A stretch of 63,861 nucleotides of DNA, filler included, from Hyphochytrium catenoides (taxonomy: Eukaryota; Protista; Hyphochytriomycota): NCBI GenBank assembly GCA_900088475.1. It is 16 parts of 16 records of this genome, joined end to end, with 100 filler letters (N's around TTAATTAATTAA, not from the genome) between each part and the next. Parts side by side here need not be neighbours in the genome. Positions count along the whole stretch, not along the records: positions 1 to 12,712 come from FLMG01003700.1; positions 12,813 to 14,232 come from FLMG01004604.1; positions 14,333 to 18,564 come from FLMG01003126.1; positions 18,665 to 21,210 come from FLMG01001878.1; positions 21,311 to 23,438 come from FLMG01003743.1; positions 23,539 to 24,968 come from FLMG01000227.1; positions 25,069 to 26,467 come from FLMG01002267.1; 9 more parts are not named here. The stretch is one strand, 5' to 3'. A program made the position numbers and the translations under genes. Within the stretch, counting starts at the first letter, position 1, and each line of letters opens with the position of its first letter. Positions 12,700-25,139 of this stretch are shown piece after piece. Under the pieces are notes generated by a model. That model was not told the origin of the DNA, searched no databases, and worked only from the letters and a program-made list of their open reading frames with translations.

Positions 12700-12812
12700 G
12701 AGAGGGAGAGATNNNNNNNNNNNNNNNNNNNNNNNNNNNNNNNNNNNNNNNNNNNNTTAATTAATTAANNNNNNNNNNNNNNNNNNNNNNNNNNNNNNNN
12801 NNNNNNNNNNNN

Positions 12813-13646
12813 TACCCAAGGCAGACTCTCTCTCTACATTGACTTCTGAAGAGGAAAAAAATTACTCAAGATACCGTCGTACAGGAATGCTGTTGGCAGT
12901 CTTATGCATCATCTGATGGTAGCCTCCAGGCCAGATATAGCCTTCGCGGTACAATCGCTTAGCCAGCATATGACTAACTATAGACAGACTCACTGGACCG
13001 CTGTGAAGCGGATACTGAGATATCTGAAAGGGACTGCAGATCACTTCTTATGTCTAGGAAGAGAAGCAACCCCAGACATCATCAATCAGAGTCCAAGACT
13101 ACAACTCTTTGTTGCAGATGCAGACTGGGCGAATGATCCTATGGACAGGAAATCCATTTCAGGCTACTTTCTTCCACTGGGGACTGGTGCTTTCAGTTGG
13201 AAGGCTAAGAAGCAAGACATAGTGGCTTCTTCAACCACTGAAGCTGAGTGCATCTCACTGTGGACCGGAGTAAAACATGCAGAACACATCTCTTATTTCT
13301 TACAGGAGCTTCAGTATCCATTGAGTAGACCGTTCCTCGCACATTAAGACAACAAGAGCACAATAACAGTGTGCGAGATGCCGAGACCAAAATCGAAATA
13401 TATTGATGTCTAACACTGTGTGGTTAGAGACCAGGTGAATCGCAAAGTCTTGGAATTGCGACACTGTCCAACCAAGAAGATGACTGCTGACATTCTCCCG
13501 AAGGCATTACCAGCACCTCAGTTCCGAGAACTCCTTCCCCAACTCGTGATTGTCCCGTCCACATCCGTCGTAAGACAAAGTCTACTTTCCGAGGAGGACA
13601 AGGCGGAGGCCGACGGACACTCAGGAAGTCTGGACCTGCGGGGAGG
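12813..13646 (+). mobile_element. Ty1/Copia pol remnant (RT C-terminus and RNase H), degenerate
   Basis: SRPDIAFAV, HWTAVKRILRYLKGT, DADWA..DRKSISG, SWKAKKQ..VASSTTEAE and ADILPKAL motifs with in-frame stops, followed by a PPT-like GCGGGGAGG. Confidence 0.95.
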
Positions 13647-14097
13647 TGTTGAGAGCAGAAGCTGACAAGAGCTCTAAAAGGCTCACAGTTCCAGACTCTA
13701 TCTGACAAGAGGAAGAAGGCACAAAACAAAGTGTTTCAGAGTTATAATAACTAGATTATTATCATAAGGTAAGTCATCATACGACGACAAGAAGTAGTAA
13801 CTGGGTCTAGTAGTTTATACGAGACACAGTTACTCTCCAGAGCAACTAGACAACGTGATAACTAGGAAACAGGGTCCCATAAGCTCTTCATACTCACTTC
13901 GAGCATATCAGTAGACCACATAACCTAAATAAGAGTGTCTTCAAATCCCATATATTATAACAGGGCTTATAAGTAGAGCACTCTCATCGAATGACATTGT
14001 CCAATCATCCCATATAATTCAACGCCTTCTTCCTCTCGTCAGATAGAGTCTGGAACTGTGAGCTTTTTAGAGCTTTTGTCAGCCTCCTCTCTCAACA
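13647..14097 (+). mobile_element. Copia 3' LTR (TGTTG...) followed by an inverted 74-bp copy of its own 5' end
   Basis: Starts TGTTGAGAG right after the PPT. 13647-13720 matches the reverse complement of 14024-14097 with a few mismatches. Confidence 0.75.
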
Positions 14098-14670
14098 GTG
14101 TTGTTAACCGCACGGGAGATGCAGCCTTCCTGTTGTAGGCGGTTTTGCAGCAGTGGGATACGAGAGAGTTGAATGGTGATAGGTGGAGAGAGAGAGCGTT
14201 CTTCTCCGAGATTAGCACTGGGCTGTCTAATCNNNNNNNNNNNNNNNNNNNNNNNNNNNNNNNNNNNNNNNNNNNNTTAATTAATTAANNNNNNNNNNNN
14301 NNNNNNNNNNNNNNNNNNNNNNNNNNNNNNNNAGCAGTCAGGAGATGTGAGGTAAGAGAAAGAGATGGCGCGAGAGATAGAGAGAGAAGAGAGAGAGACA
14401 GTCGCACCTCCAGCAGACACACTAAAGTTCCTATTCCTTGGGTAAGCACAGAGGACAAAACATCCGACCGGCCAGTAACCCTAGGAAACGATAAGAGAGA
14501 GGGTGCGTGAGAGAGAGAGAGAGAGAGGAAGGAAGAGAGAGAGGGAGAAAGGAAGAGAAAATGTCAAAGAAAGCAGCCAGGTCCATGGAGTAAGATTTAA
14601 TCTAAGGCACTCAAACTTAACCAAGAAGACGGAAGACTTAACGGAAGAGAGAGGGAGGAGGGGACACAGA

Positions 14671-14740
<70 letters not shown>

Positions 14741-15120
14741 ATAGAGTACAATTGGATGAAGGAAGAATTAACAATCAAAAAACGCCTTGAAAGGACTAGG
14801 AGACCTCTCTCGCATCCGCGCCTCCATCGCAAAATGACCGCCAACTAGCACCTTTCCTATCAAGAGATTGATGTGAGTCTTTTTTGCTACATCTCTCTCT
14901 CTCTCTCTCTTATTTCTCTCTCTGTGTCTACGTCTCTCTACCTAGTGATTTCTTTCCTCCCTCTCTGCCATTTTTGCAGCCTGAGTTGACATACTTGTCT
15001 CATGTTTCCATCCTTCTCCTTTCTCTATATATTTCTCTCTTAGAAGAGATTTGCACTCTCTCCCATAACTTGTCTATTTCCGCTCCATTGTACGCTTAAT
15101 AATCCAAAGCTATTTGTGCC

Positions 15121-15167
<47 letters not shown>

Positions 15168-15703
15168 NNNNNNNNNNNNNNNNNNNNNNNNNNCCATGGA
15201 GCGACGGAAGTTGAGATGTTTCGTTGAGTCATCGAAGGTCACGCGGCCGTCAGGGTGAAAGGAAAGAAACATCTATATGGGGAAAAAGAAAGAGAGAGAG
15301 AGTGAGAGAGAGAGAGAGAGAGAGAGTGAGGGAAAGAGAGAGAAAGATGGGAATACCAGGGAAGAGGAGCGTAGAGAGAGGAGAAGGACAGCATAAAGCG
15401 TGACGAATGAACGACAAGGCATGGCCCTGGCAGGAGCCGAGACTATGTATGGATGCCACACGCGACTCTCTCTCTCTTTCTTATTGTCTTTCCTCTGTTC
15501 TCTCTCTTTCCTGTACTGGCTTTTTCTTGCGCTTCCTGTTTCTTTTCCTTTCATTGTGTTCCTTTGCCGATTCTCTTCGCCTTTCCCGTTGTCAACCTCT
15601 CTTTCTTTTTTCCGATCATCATCTCTCTGGTCCTATCCTCAAGATGCTTTCTTCTTTCTCTCTCTCTTGCTCTCTCTCTCTCTCTCTCTCTCTCTGACTC
15701 TTA

Positions 15704-15919
15704 CCTCAGGGAGCTGCGGAAGAGTTATGGCGAGAGCTGGATGCCAGGGCCTCGCGGCGGCCGCCTGCGCTCGCAGCTCCTTCCCATGATGGGAGACAAA
15801 CTCCAAGGCTGCCTCTTCGTTGAGAGACAGAGAGGGTACGTGCGAGGAAGAGTGGAGTAACGCCTGTTTGATATTAGGGGAGAATAGAAAGATTTGAAGG
15901 TCAGAATGAAGACAGGGAA

Positions 15920-15968
<49 letters not shown>

Positions 15969-16445
15969 AGAGAGAAGAAGAGAAGAGAAAGTGAGAGAAG
16001 TGGTCAAATGAAGGTAAGAAAGAAGAAGAACTGTGTTTTAAGTCTTGACTTTCTTCATCGGTTCCCTCGTCTCATCACCCGCCTCTCTCTCTCTCTCTCT
16101 CTCTCCTTCTTCTCGCTCCTCTTTCTCTATTTTTGTTTCGGGCTCCATCTTTATCCTTCTGACCTTCTCTCTTCTTCTCTCCATAAAGACCTTCCATCGA
16201 TTCCAGGCACTGGCTATCTTTTTGTTGGCCAAGAGATTGAGGAAGAGAAGGAGCAGTGATCGTCGTCTCTCTCCCTTGTCCGCCCATCGCTGCATCTCTT
16301 CTTTCGATGCGAAGAAGTGAATGCCATCACAACTATGGAGAGAACCAGAGGAAGAGAAAGAGAAGGAGAGGAGAACGGGGAAGAGACATTTTCGTAGCAC
16401 ATCCGCAGAGTGAAGAGCAACGTAAAGAGCGACACAGAAGAAGAG

Positions 16446-16495
<50 letters not shown>

Positions 16496-17174
16496 ACATG
16501 GACTAGAAGACTTGCTAGCAGGCCATTCTCTCACTCCATATTTCAGAAATGTCTGGCTTCTTTGTTGCCATCAAATTGCTTTCCTCATTGTTATCTCTCT
16601 CTCTCTCTCTCTCTCTCTCCCTTTCTTACTATTTATACTCTCTCTCTCTATGATCAGAACAGGTTTCTCTCTCCTCACTGCTCATGAGCTACCTGAAGCC
16701 GTACTGGGCGAGCCTCCTCATCTTCTTGGCTTCCTATAAAAGGGAGAAAATCGGTGAGAAGAGAGAGAGAGAGAGACGTTACACTGCCTGCTCTCTTACT
16801 CCTTATAGCACAAGGTAGTGTTCCTCTTTCTTTTTCTCCCCTCTTTCTGTCTGTTCTCTTGGCGGAGTTGGCGCTGAAATCCTGTCTGAACGGTTTCCCT
16901 CTCCCCCTCTTCTATTTCCGCTGTCTTTCTCTTCTTGCTTTCTCTCTTTGTTTATGCGGCCTCTCGGCCCTCCATTTCTCCCTCTTTCTTGCTTCTAATT
17001 CGTACATTTCTCTCTTCTCTCTCTCTTTCTCTCCCTCTTTCGCTCCCTTCGAGCTCCTTGCCTTTCTCTCTCTCTGTACCCCTCTCTCTTCTCTCTTCTC
17101 TTCTTCCCTTCTCCTTCTCTGTTCAACTTCCTCTGTATCTCATAGTCGACTCTGTTTCTCCCTCTCTCTCTCTT

Positions 17175-17229
<55 letters not shown>

Positions 17230-17475
17230 TCTCTTCCTCACCTGTATTCTATCCTTCCATCGTGTTTCCTCAACCTCTCGAAGCGCTTCCGTCATCTCCT
17301 TCACCTTCTGTTCTCGACTCGCTTTTGCGCGAAAGAAAGACTGACGGACGCGCCAACACTGCAGAGAGAGAGGGACACACACACATAGAGAGAGATAGGC
17401 AGTGAGAGAGAGCAACGAAAGAGAGAGAGAGAGAGAGAGAGAGAGNNNNNNNNNNNNNNNNNNNNNNNNNNNNAG

Positions 17476-17530
<55 letters not shown>

Positions 17531-18238
17531 GGGGAGCGAAAGAGCGAGAGAGAGCGAAAGAGAGAGAGAGAGAGAAAGGAAGTAATCTAATAAGGATGAG
17601 CAAAGTTGAGAGAGTCTTGACTGGCGATGCAAGTAGAGAACGCCTTACCCTGAACATTCCCTGGATCTTTCTTGCCGCCACTTCCTCTTTCTCTTCTTTT
17701 TTCTTCTTCCAATACTAACCCAGAGAAAAGATAGAGAGAGAGAGAGAGACACACACAGAGAGAGAGAGAGAGACAGAGAGAGAGAGAGAGATAAAGAGAG
17801 AGAGAAAACAGGAAGGCGAGAAGGGACCGAGAAAGAGATTATCAAGCAGACTCATGGACAACAGAAAGAGAGAACTAAATGAAGAGAGAGGGAAAAACAG
17901 AAAAGAGAGAACGAAAGAGAGAGAGAGAGAAAACAAGAGAAAGAAGATGGAGATGTTGATAGAAGAAAAGACATACGTTCATCCTTACCTCGTCCACTGC
18001 TCGTTTTAGGTGAGCCATAACTCTCTTCTTGCTTCTCTCTCTCCCTCGATTAACTAGGAGAGAGAGAAGAGAGAAGGCGAGCCCTTCGGGAGCTTGTAAT
18101 TCCTCTTCTCTCTTTAAAATTGTCAGCGTCGAGGGAACGATGGGCAGATCGGGAGAAAGAGACGAACATTTGGGAGAGAGAGAAGGGAAAGAGTCCACAA
18201 GCTTGCCGTCTCTCGTAATGTGTGTCACAATAGCTAGA
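15704..18238 (-). CDS. Exon fragments of a hypothetical coiled-coil-rich gene
   Basis: Non-repetitive frames, several ending at GT donors: ...HLKRAVDE|, ...EETRWKDRIQ|, ...ASAWNRWKVFMERRREK..., ...ITLPQLPE|. The full structure is unresolved. Confidence 0.3.
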
Positions 18239-19168
18239 GANNNNNNNNNNNNNNNNNNNNNNNNNNNNNNNNNNNNNNNAGAGAGAGAGAGAGAGAGAGA
18301 CGCCCGAGGGAGAAGACAAAAGCGACGGAGGGAGAGAGAAAAAGCGAAATGGATAAAGAGACAGAGAGAGATGGAGAGAGTGACGGCAGATTAGCAGGCG
18401 GAAGAGAAGAGGGAAACGAGAGAGAGAGAGGTAACAAAGGATAAGAAAGTTTAGGAAGCTGGAGAGATATCAAAGAAAAAGAGGGAGAGAAAGGATAGCA
18501 ATAGAAATGGAGGCAGCAGATGGAAGAAAGAATCAGGACAAAGCGGGGGAAGATAATCAGTAAGNNNNNNNNNNNNNNNNNNNNNNNNNNNNNNNNNNNN
18601 NNNNNNNNTTAATTAATTAANNNNNNNNNNNNNNNNNNNNNNNNNNNNNNNNNNNNNNNNNNNNTCTCTTTCTCTCTCTCTCCCTTTCTCTTCCCTCATC
18701 GGCTCGCTCGCGCTCTGTTTCTCAAACTCTCTTGCTATCGTCTTTCGTCTCTTGTCTCTGTCCGTTTTCCGTCCGCTGGCCGCTGAATCTGGTTCAATCC
18801 TGAAGCACGTTTTGTACCCGAATCGTCGTTGGTCTCTCTCTCTCAGCCTCTCTCTCTCTCTCTCAGCCTCTCTCTCTCTCTCTCTCTCTCGTAGTCTCTC
18901 CTACGTCTACAGCGTTCTCTCCGCTGCAGCGTGTCTTTCCTTTGCCTTATGTCCGGCGGTCTCCAGGCGGTCTGTCTATCGTCTGTCTCTCTTCTTCTCT
19001 CTTCTAGGTAATCTTCTTGCCTCCTGCACCTGTCTACATCGAAGAGATCAGACTTACGGAGAAAGGTGAGGAGAAAGAGAGACAAAAGAGAGAAGCAACT
19101 CGTCAAGAAGAGCCGCCTTTCTTCATACTGGTACACCTTTCTCTAGGTCCCACGCCCTACTCTAATTC

Positions 19169-19246
<78 letters not shown>

Positions 19247-19529
19247 AGCATCTCTCTCCCCCGCGTTCGCGCCCTCTTCTCTTGCTTGCCTGGAAGACAA
19301 GAAGAGTTATTGATCGCAAGAAAGAAGTGTGAGCAGAACGGAGTTCGTCAGGAGGAAGAGAGGAGAAACGTCAGAAGAGAGAGAGAATGAGAGAAGACTC
19401 TGCCAAGCTGCTGGCCAAGTGTAAGGAAGAGAGAGATGAAAAAGGAGAGTAGCTTTACTCTCTTCTCCTTCTTTCTCTTCTCTCTCCTTGGTTGCGTCCT
19501 AGAACAGCTGCCCAGAGCTCCTACTTCGG

Positions 19530-20888
19530 GTGTTACAGGAGGAAAATTTTGAAAAAGAGAAGAGGATAGACACACAGCAGAAAGAAGAGGGACAGAGGAG
19601 AGAGAGAGAGAAAGAGATGAGGAAGAAGGTGGATGGTACCCTTAGAACAATGAAAGACAGGAAAAAAGCTTCAACCATGGCACTTCTCTCTCCCCAGAGC
19701 AAAGTTGCCATCTCTCTCTCTGCGTCTCTCCTCAGCTTGCTTCGGAACCAGTCTTCCGCCCTGGGAGGAGAGAAACTTTGTCTGCATCTCACAGAACTAA
19801 GAGAAGAGATAGACAATCTACTTCTTCTCTCTTCTTCTCTTTCTCCTCCTCAGGATCAGGACAAAAAGAGAGGAGACGAGGGCTTGAAAGAGAAAGACAA
19901 AAAGAGAGAGAGAAGCATGGAAAGCGGTACAGGAGGAGAGAAGCGCCTTTCTCTCTCTTCTGTTGGATCCTCTTCTCCTCCTCTCTCTCTCCTTTCCTCC
20001 TCGTCTTCTTCGCCAAGAAGGCAGACCATAGCAGCAGCAGCAGTAAGAGGAGAAGAGGGAGATGGGCAAGAAGGAAGCGTGGGCGGGAGAAAGAGCCTTC
20101 CTTTTCCCTTCTCTTCCTCTTCACACTTCTCCCCGCCCCCTCTTCTTCCTCCCTCTTTTCCCCAGCCTCTTCCGTCTTCTCTCTCTCCTGTCCTCTCGCC
20201 GTCTACGCCGGCTACCAGCTCTTCTCTCTCTCCTCTCCCGGAGAGGCGGCAGTCTCTCCAGACCGTGCAAGTAGGAAAGGCAGGAGGAGAAGAGGAGAGA
20301 GAGAGAAAGAGAAAGAATGGCGAAGAGAAAGAAGAGACAAAACCAGTCAAAGCTCTCATCGCTATGGATCCTTACCTCGAACTGACAGAGAGAGAGGCTC
20401 GGACTTCTCTTCTCTCTTATTTTCTTGGTCCTTCTTTCGCTTTTGCTTGGCGTCGACGGTGGAGCAAAAGACTTTTGCCCTTTCTCTTTCTCTCCATTCT
20501 CTTCTTCTCTTTCTCTCTCTATGTTCTTCTCCTCAGATTACCTCTTTTCTCTTCTTTCTCTCTTCATCTCATTGCCGGAGGAAACCTCTTCTGCGTGTTT
20601 GTATGGGTTTTCTATTGCTCTTCCGTGATCAACTACAAGCTCTTTATGACGGGCTTACGTGCCTTCGACACTCTCTTCTTTCTGGGAGAGATCTTTCTCT
20701 TTTCTCTCTCTCTATGGGGCGTTCTCTGCTTTGAGTTGCCCTCTTTTCTTCTCTGTCTCTCTCTCTCCTGTGCGTGTATCTCCTTCATCCTTTATGACAG
20801 TATTTATGTGAGAGTGAGGCGGTCTATGAGAGGATTTCTCGTTCTCTCCGGAATGTGCTTTGTCTGCATCATGTTCCTGGTCTACAGG
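19530..20888 (+). CDS. Large exon of a multi-pass membrane protein
   Basis: 453-aa open frame with a low-complexity N-half and about 5 hydrophobic segments in the C-half. It ends at a CAG|GTGAGA donor. The start is uncertain. Confidence 0.55.
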
Positions 20889-20900
20889 TGAGATTAGGAA

Positions 20901-20935
<35 letters not shown>

Positions 20936-21310
20936 AACAAGGGGAGAGAGACAACAGGGGAAGAGACAAGTGAAAGAAGAGCGAGAACGGTGGAGGAAAA
21001 CCGAAAGAGACACAGAGGGAGAGAGAGAGCGAGAGAACAGAGAGTATGATGGTCTCCACTCCTCATAAAGGCCAAAGGTTGCCTACCTCCTCTCTCTCTC
21101 TTTTCTCTAAACTCTAACTGCATATCTTCTGCCTCGTCTCTTTCTCTCTCTCGTTTTGATGTTCTTCTGCTCTCTTTCTTCCTTCCCCCTCCCTCTCTCT
21201 CTCTCTCTCTNNNNNNNNNNNNNNNNNNNNNNNNNNNNNNNNNNNNNNNNNNNNTTAATTAATTAANNNNNNNNNNNNNNNNNNNNNNNNNNNNNNNNNN
21301 NNNNNNNNNN

Positions 21311-22179
21311 GAAGCTGGGCCGAGCAAAAGATCTCGAGTCCAGACCAGGCTCTCAGGACTGAGTGATCATTCAGAGAAATCTCCATATACATCAATACCA
21401 AGTCCCTTTGTTATCATTGCATCTAGATTGTGCTGATACAGAGCTGGGTGGGTTAGGGTTAGGGTTACCCATGTCCGTCCAAGTGCAAGTGCCTCCTGAT
21501 GAACTTTACAGAGCTGGGTGGCAATGCCTGAAGCTTCTGTATGAGCACAATCTAGATGCAATGATAACAAAGGGACTTGGTATTGATGTGTGTGGAGATT
21601 GTTGAGTGCTACTATGTTCGTTGTCAGTAGTACAGTAGTCACTCTCTATACACACCTAGCTCTCAGGGACATAGACGTTACGGGTACACCTGTGTTATGG
21701 GAAAGAGGGATGTGAGAAGAATTTCCAGAAGAACACAGGAGCAGCAGAGGAGAGAGAGATGATGAGGGAAGCTGGGCCGAGCAAAAGATCTCGAGTCCGG
21801 ACCAGGCTCTCAGGACTCAGTCATCTTTCAGAGAAATCTTCACACACATCAATACCAAGTCCCTTTGTTATCATTGCATCTAGATTGTGCTCATACAGAA
21901 GATTCAGGCATTGCCACCCATCTCTGTAAACTTCATCAGAGATTTCTCTGAATGATCACTCAGTCCTGAGAGCCTGGTCTGGACTCGAGATCTTTTGCTC
22001 GGCCCAGCTTCCCTCATCATCTCTCTCTCCTCTGCTGCTCCTGTGTTCTTCTGGAAATTCTTCTCACATCCCTCCTTCCCATAACACAGGTGTACCCGTA
22101 ACGTCTATGTCCCTGAGAGCTAGGTGTGTATAGAGAGTGACTACTGTACTACTGACAACGAACATAGTAGCACTCAACA
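21311..22179. repeat. Nested fold-back of LTR-like sequence with an internal (TTAGGG)2
   Basis: Arms of ~240 bp at 21600-21839 and 21940-22179 (TGTTGAGTGC...GCACTCAACA) surround a ~100-bp spacer. A second inverted pair lies at 21378-21442 / 21536-21600. 21311-21440 is a direct copy of 21768-21900. Confidence 0.9.
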
Positions 22180-22499
22180 AAAAGTGCTCACCACCAAATG
22201 ATAAAAACCTAACAGTTATTGACAAACAGGTCTTTCTCTCCAGAGGTGGCGGTCGTGGATTCAACCAGCACTTCTGCTGAGGACAGCGACACGGATTCTG
22301 CTAGCGAGCTAGAGTTTATAGAAGGAGATGCAACCACCATTGCGGAAGGGAAAGCATTCTTTAGGGAGAAGGAGGTCAAGCTCAACACGATCAATGAGCA
22401 GGATAGCGAGAAGGACAGCGGAGCCAGAGACTATGACAGAAGGGCATACAGACGAGGACCAATGCTTTAATGCTCTCCCATCTAGTTTCTCTTCGGGAT

Positions 22500-23400
22500 C
22501 ACCTTTCGACTGACTCTAGGGAGCTGCTATTCATCACGGTCCAGCTCAACGGGCGGAAGCACCTAGCTATGGTGGACTCTAGGAGCTCGACAAGCTACCT
22601 GGATGTGGCGACAGCAGGGTTGTTCTCGATACCAGGGGAGAGGGCGTCGCCAAGGAGAGCGATGGTAGGTTCTGTGAGACTTTTACGCTTGACCAGCGGG
22701 CCGAGGTTGAAGTCTCAGTACGCTTCAGAGTGGGAGGTGCTCCATGCAGCAGCATTGTAGATCTCGTACTACATTCGCGGTAGCCGCAAAGACCTCTTTC
22801 CTGATCATACTTGGCATGAATTGGCTGGAGAATAATGGTGTTACTCTGGACTGCGAAGGAAAATCACTCAAGATCAAGGTACGCACGATAAAAGGGGTAG
22901 ACCCTTACGACTGAAAATATGTGATGTCCTTCACCCAGCTGAGTAATCTCCTGGGCCGCGACGAAGAGCCGGAGCTGCTTTTGTTGTCCATGCGCCCCGA
23001 TGAGGAGGATGCAAAGTAACAGAGTTGCAATCTCCTGAAGCGAAGGAAGTGATAGGCCAAGTTTAAGGAGCTCTTTCTTCCCGAAAACTTGCCATATGAG
23101 GCACCTAAAGAGGGGCGGCTCTGTACGCTAAGTACTCTCATCTCTTCCCCGAAGGACCCCTGCCACCCCAGCTACTTCCGGAGCGAGTGCTTGATTGTAC
23201 CATCCCCATCACTCCAGGATCAAAGTACCTCTTCGCCCTGCATACAAACTTGGGCCCGAACAATTGGAGGCACTACGAAAGACGCTGAAGAAACTAACGG
23301 GGAAGGGCAGGATCAGGCCCTCTCTCTCCTCTCCCTATGGCCCAGTGCTGATGGTGAGGCAGAACGGCAAGTTCCGCTTCTGCGTGGACTACCTGTTGAA
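22500..23400 (+). mobile_element. Ty3/Gypsy pol remnant (retropepsin and RT N-terminus), degenerate
   Basis: LAMVDSRSSTSYL (protease), LILGMNWLE, and PAYKLGPEQLEALRKTLKKL..KGRIRPS.SPYGPVLMVRQNGKFRFCVDY (RT start), with frameshifts and stops. Confidence 0.9.
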
Positions 23401-24175
23401 GTCTGAGGGCACAGCTATGTGGCCTACAAGCTGGCAAGNNNNNNNNNNNNNNNNNNNNNNNNNNNNNNNNNNNNNNNNNNNNTTAATTAATTAANNNNNN
23501 NNNNNNNNNNNNNNNNNNNNNNNNNNNNNNNNNNNNNNGGGAAGAGAAGGTAGGAGAAGTAGGACAATGAAGAAGGAGGCACAAGAGATGGATCAGGTTT
23601 TTGATGAGGATGAGCAAGAGTTAGCGCTTCAAGAGAGATGAGAGAGAGAGAAGTGTTCATCTCCTCGACCGGATGGGGTAAGATTCACAGAGAAAGAGTA
23701 AGAAACAAGCTGGAGACCGTAGAGGCGACTGATGAGTCCTGACTGTCTCACTGCGTCTGATACGATCACCGTTGTGTCAGACCATTGCCTCAGCTGTGGT
23801 TGGCGTCAGCTTCTCCTGTAGGACCTGGACCACTCTCTCCTTTTGGCGCCGGCGGAATTCCAGAGCGTCGGTCGGATGTGGACATCTCTGCCTGTAAATC
23901 AGCCTGCTTCCTCGCCGCTGCTCTCTCCACCTTGCGGCAAGACCGTTGAAGGGATATTTGGTCTAAACCTAACCTTCTCTTTGGCCTTCCTCATCTTTCC
24001 TAGCGAAGCTGCAGCAGACCATCGCCACTCTTCACAAGGAAAGAGAGCATCGAGCCACACAGAGCTCAGGAGAGTTGAGCTTAGCGGATTCAAGAGGCGG
24101 CGAGGAATGCGCTCTTGAAAGTCGACTGCAGACTGCCAAAGAGGTGGAGATCGGCCCGTCGTAGTAGGCTTCCCC

Positions 24176-24968
24176 TTGTGCGGGAGGACGGTCTTCGAGA
24201 TGAAGTCCGCCACCGGAGATGACATGCGCAAAGAAGCTAACCTTCGCAGTGCGGATCGGATAGCACTGCTGACTAATACGCTCCGTGCAAAGGACAGAGA
24301 CCTGGGATATGCCAAGGGAAACCTGCAAGCATACAGGGCCGGGTTGCGGGTACTGCAGAAGAAGGTGCAGGACTTTTTTGGGGAGGCGAAGCAAAGGCTT
24401 CAGCTCGATCTCAAAGAGGCACCCGTAGATGCAGAGCGCCGACTAGGATACAATCTGGCTGCGTTGGTCAGGAAGGACAAGGAGAAGGGACCATGGCAGG
24501 TGACTGCTCCCGACCTACAGCAGCTATGTCTGGCTCTGGAGACCGAGGCTCAGAAGCTGTCAGAGGCCAATACTCAGCTCGAGAGCAGCACTGTACGCGG
24601 CGAAGGAGGCGGAGCGCCGATTAGCAGCTATCTTGGCCGCTATGGACAAGTTGCAAAAGGACTACAAGAGCAAGGAAGAGCTTGTTCGACGATGAGAAAT
24701 GGCGTTGAANNNNNNNNNNNNNNNNNNNNNNNNNNNNNNNNNNNNNNNNNNNGCCAGACATCGCTGCTGCAGTGTGGCAGCAGTCTCCTGCCACCGTCCC
24801 TTCTCCCTGTCCTTCCTGACAAGGGCAGCCAGAGTATTTGCCAGTCGCCGCTCAGCATCTACCGGGGTCTCTTTCAAATCGAGCTCTAGCCGTTGCTTCG
24901 CCTCCTCCAGCTCCTGCACCTTCTTCCGCAGCGCTCGCACCTCCGCCCTGCATGTTTGCAGGTCGTCC
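24176..24968. other. Two inverted paralogous fragments of a coiled-coil ORF, probably repeat- or TE-derived
   Basis: + strand EAKQRLQLDLKEAPVDAERRLGYNLAALVRKDKEKGPWQ versus - strand EAKQRLELDLKETPVDAERRLANTLAALVRKDREKGRWQ, across an N gap. Confidence 0.6.
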
Positions 24969-25139
24969 NNNNNNNNNNNNNNNNNNNNNNNNNNNNNNNN
25001 NNNNNNNNNNNNTTAATTAATTAANNNNNNNNNNNNNNNNNNNNNNNNNNNNNNNNNNNNNNNNNNNNTTCTGGGGTAATTCCGCTTGCTGGCGCCCTCG
25101 TACCTGGTGCTGGTTGCTATTGGCTCATTAATCTGGCAC

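Noticed and set aside
23726-23760. Hammerhead core CTGATGAGTCC
   Set aside because: No matching GGAC-GAAA and stem III downstream.
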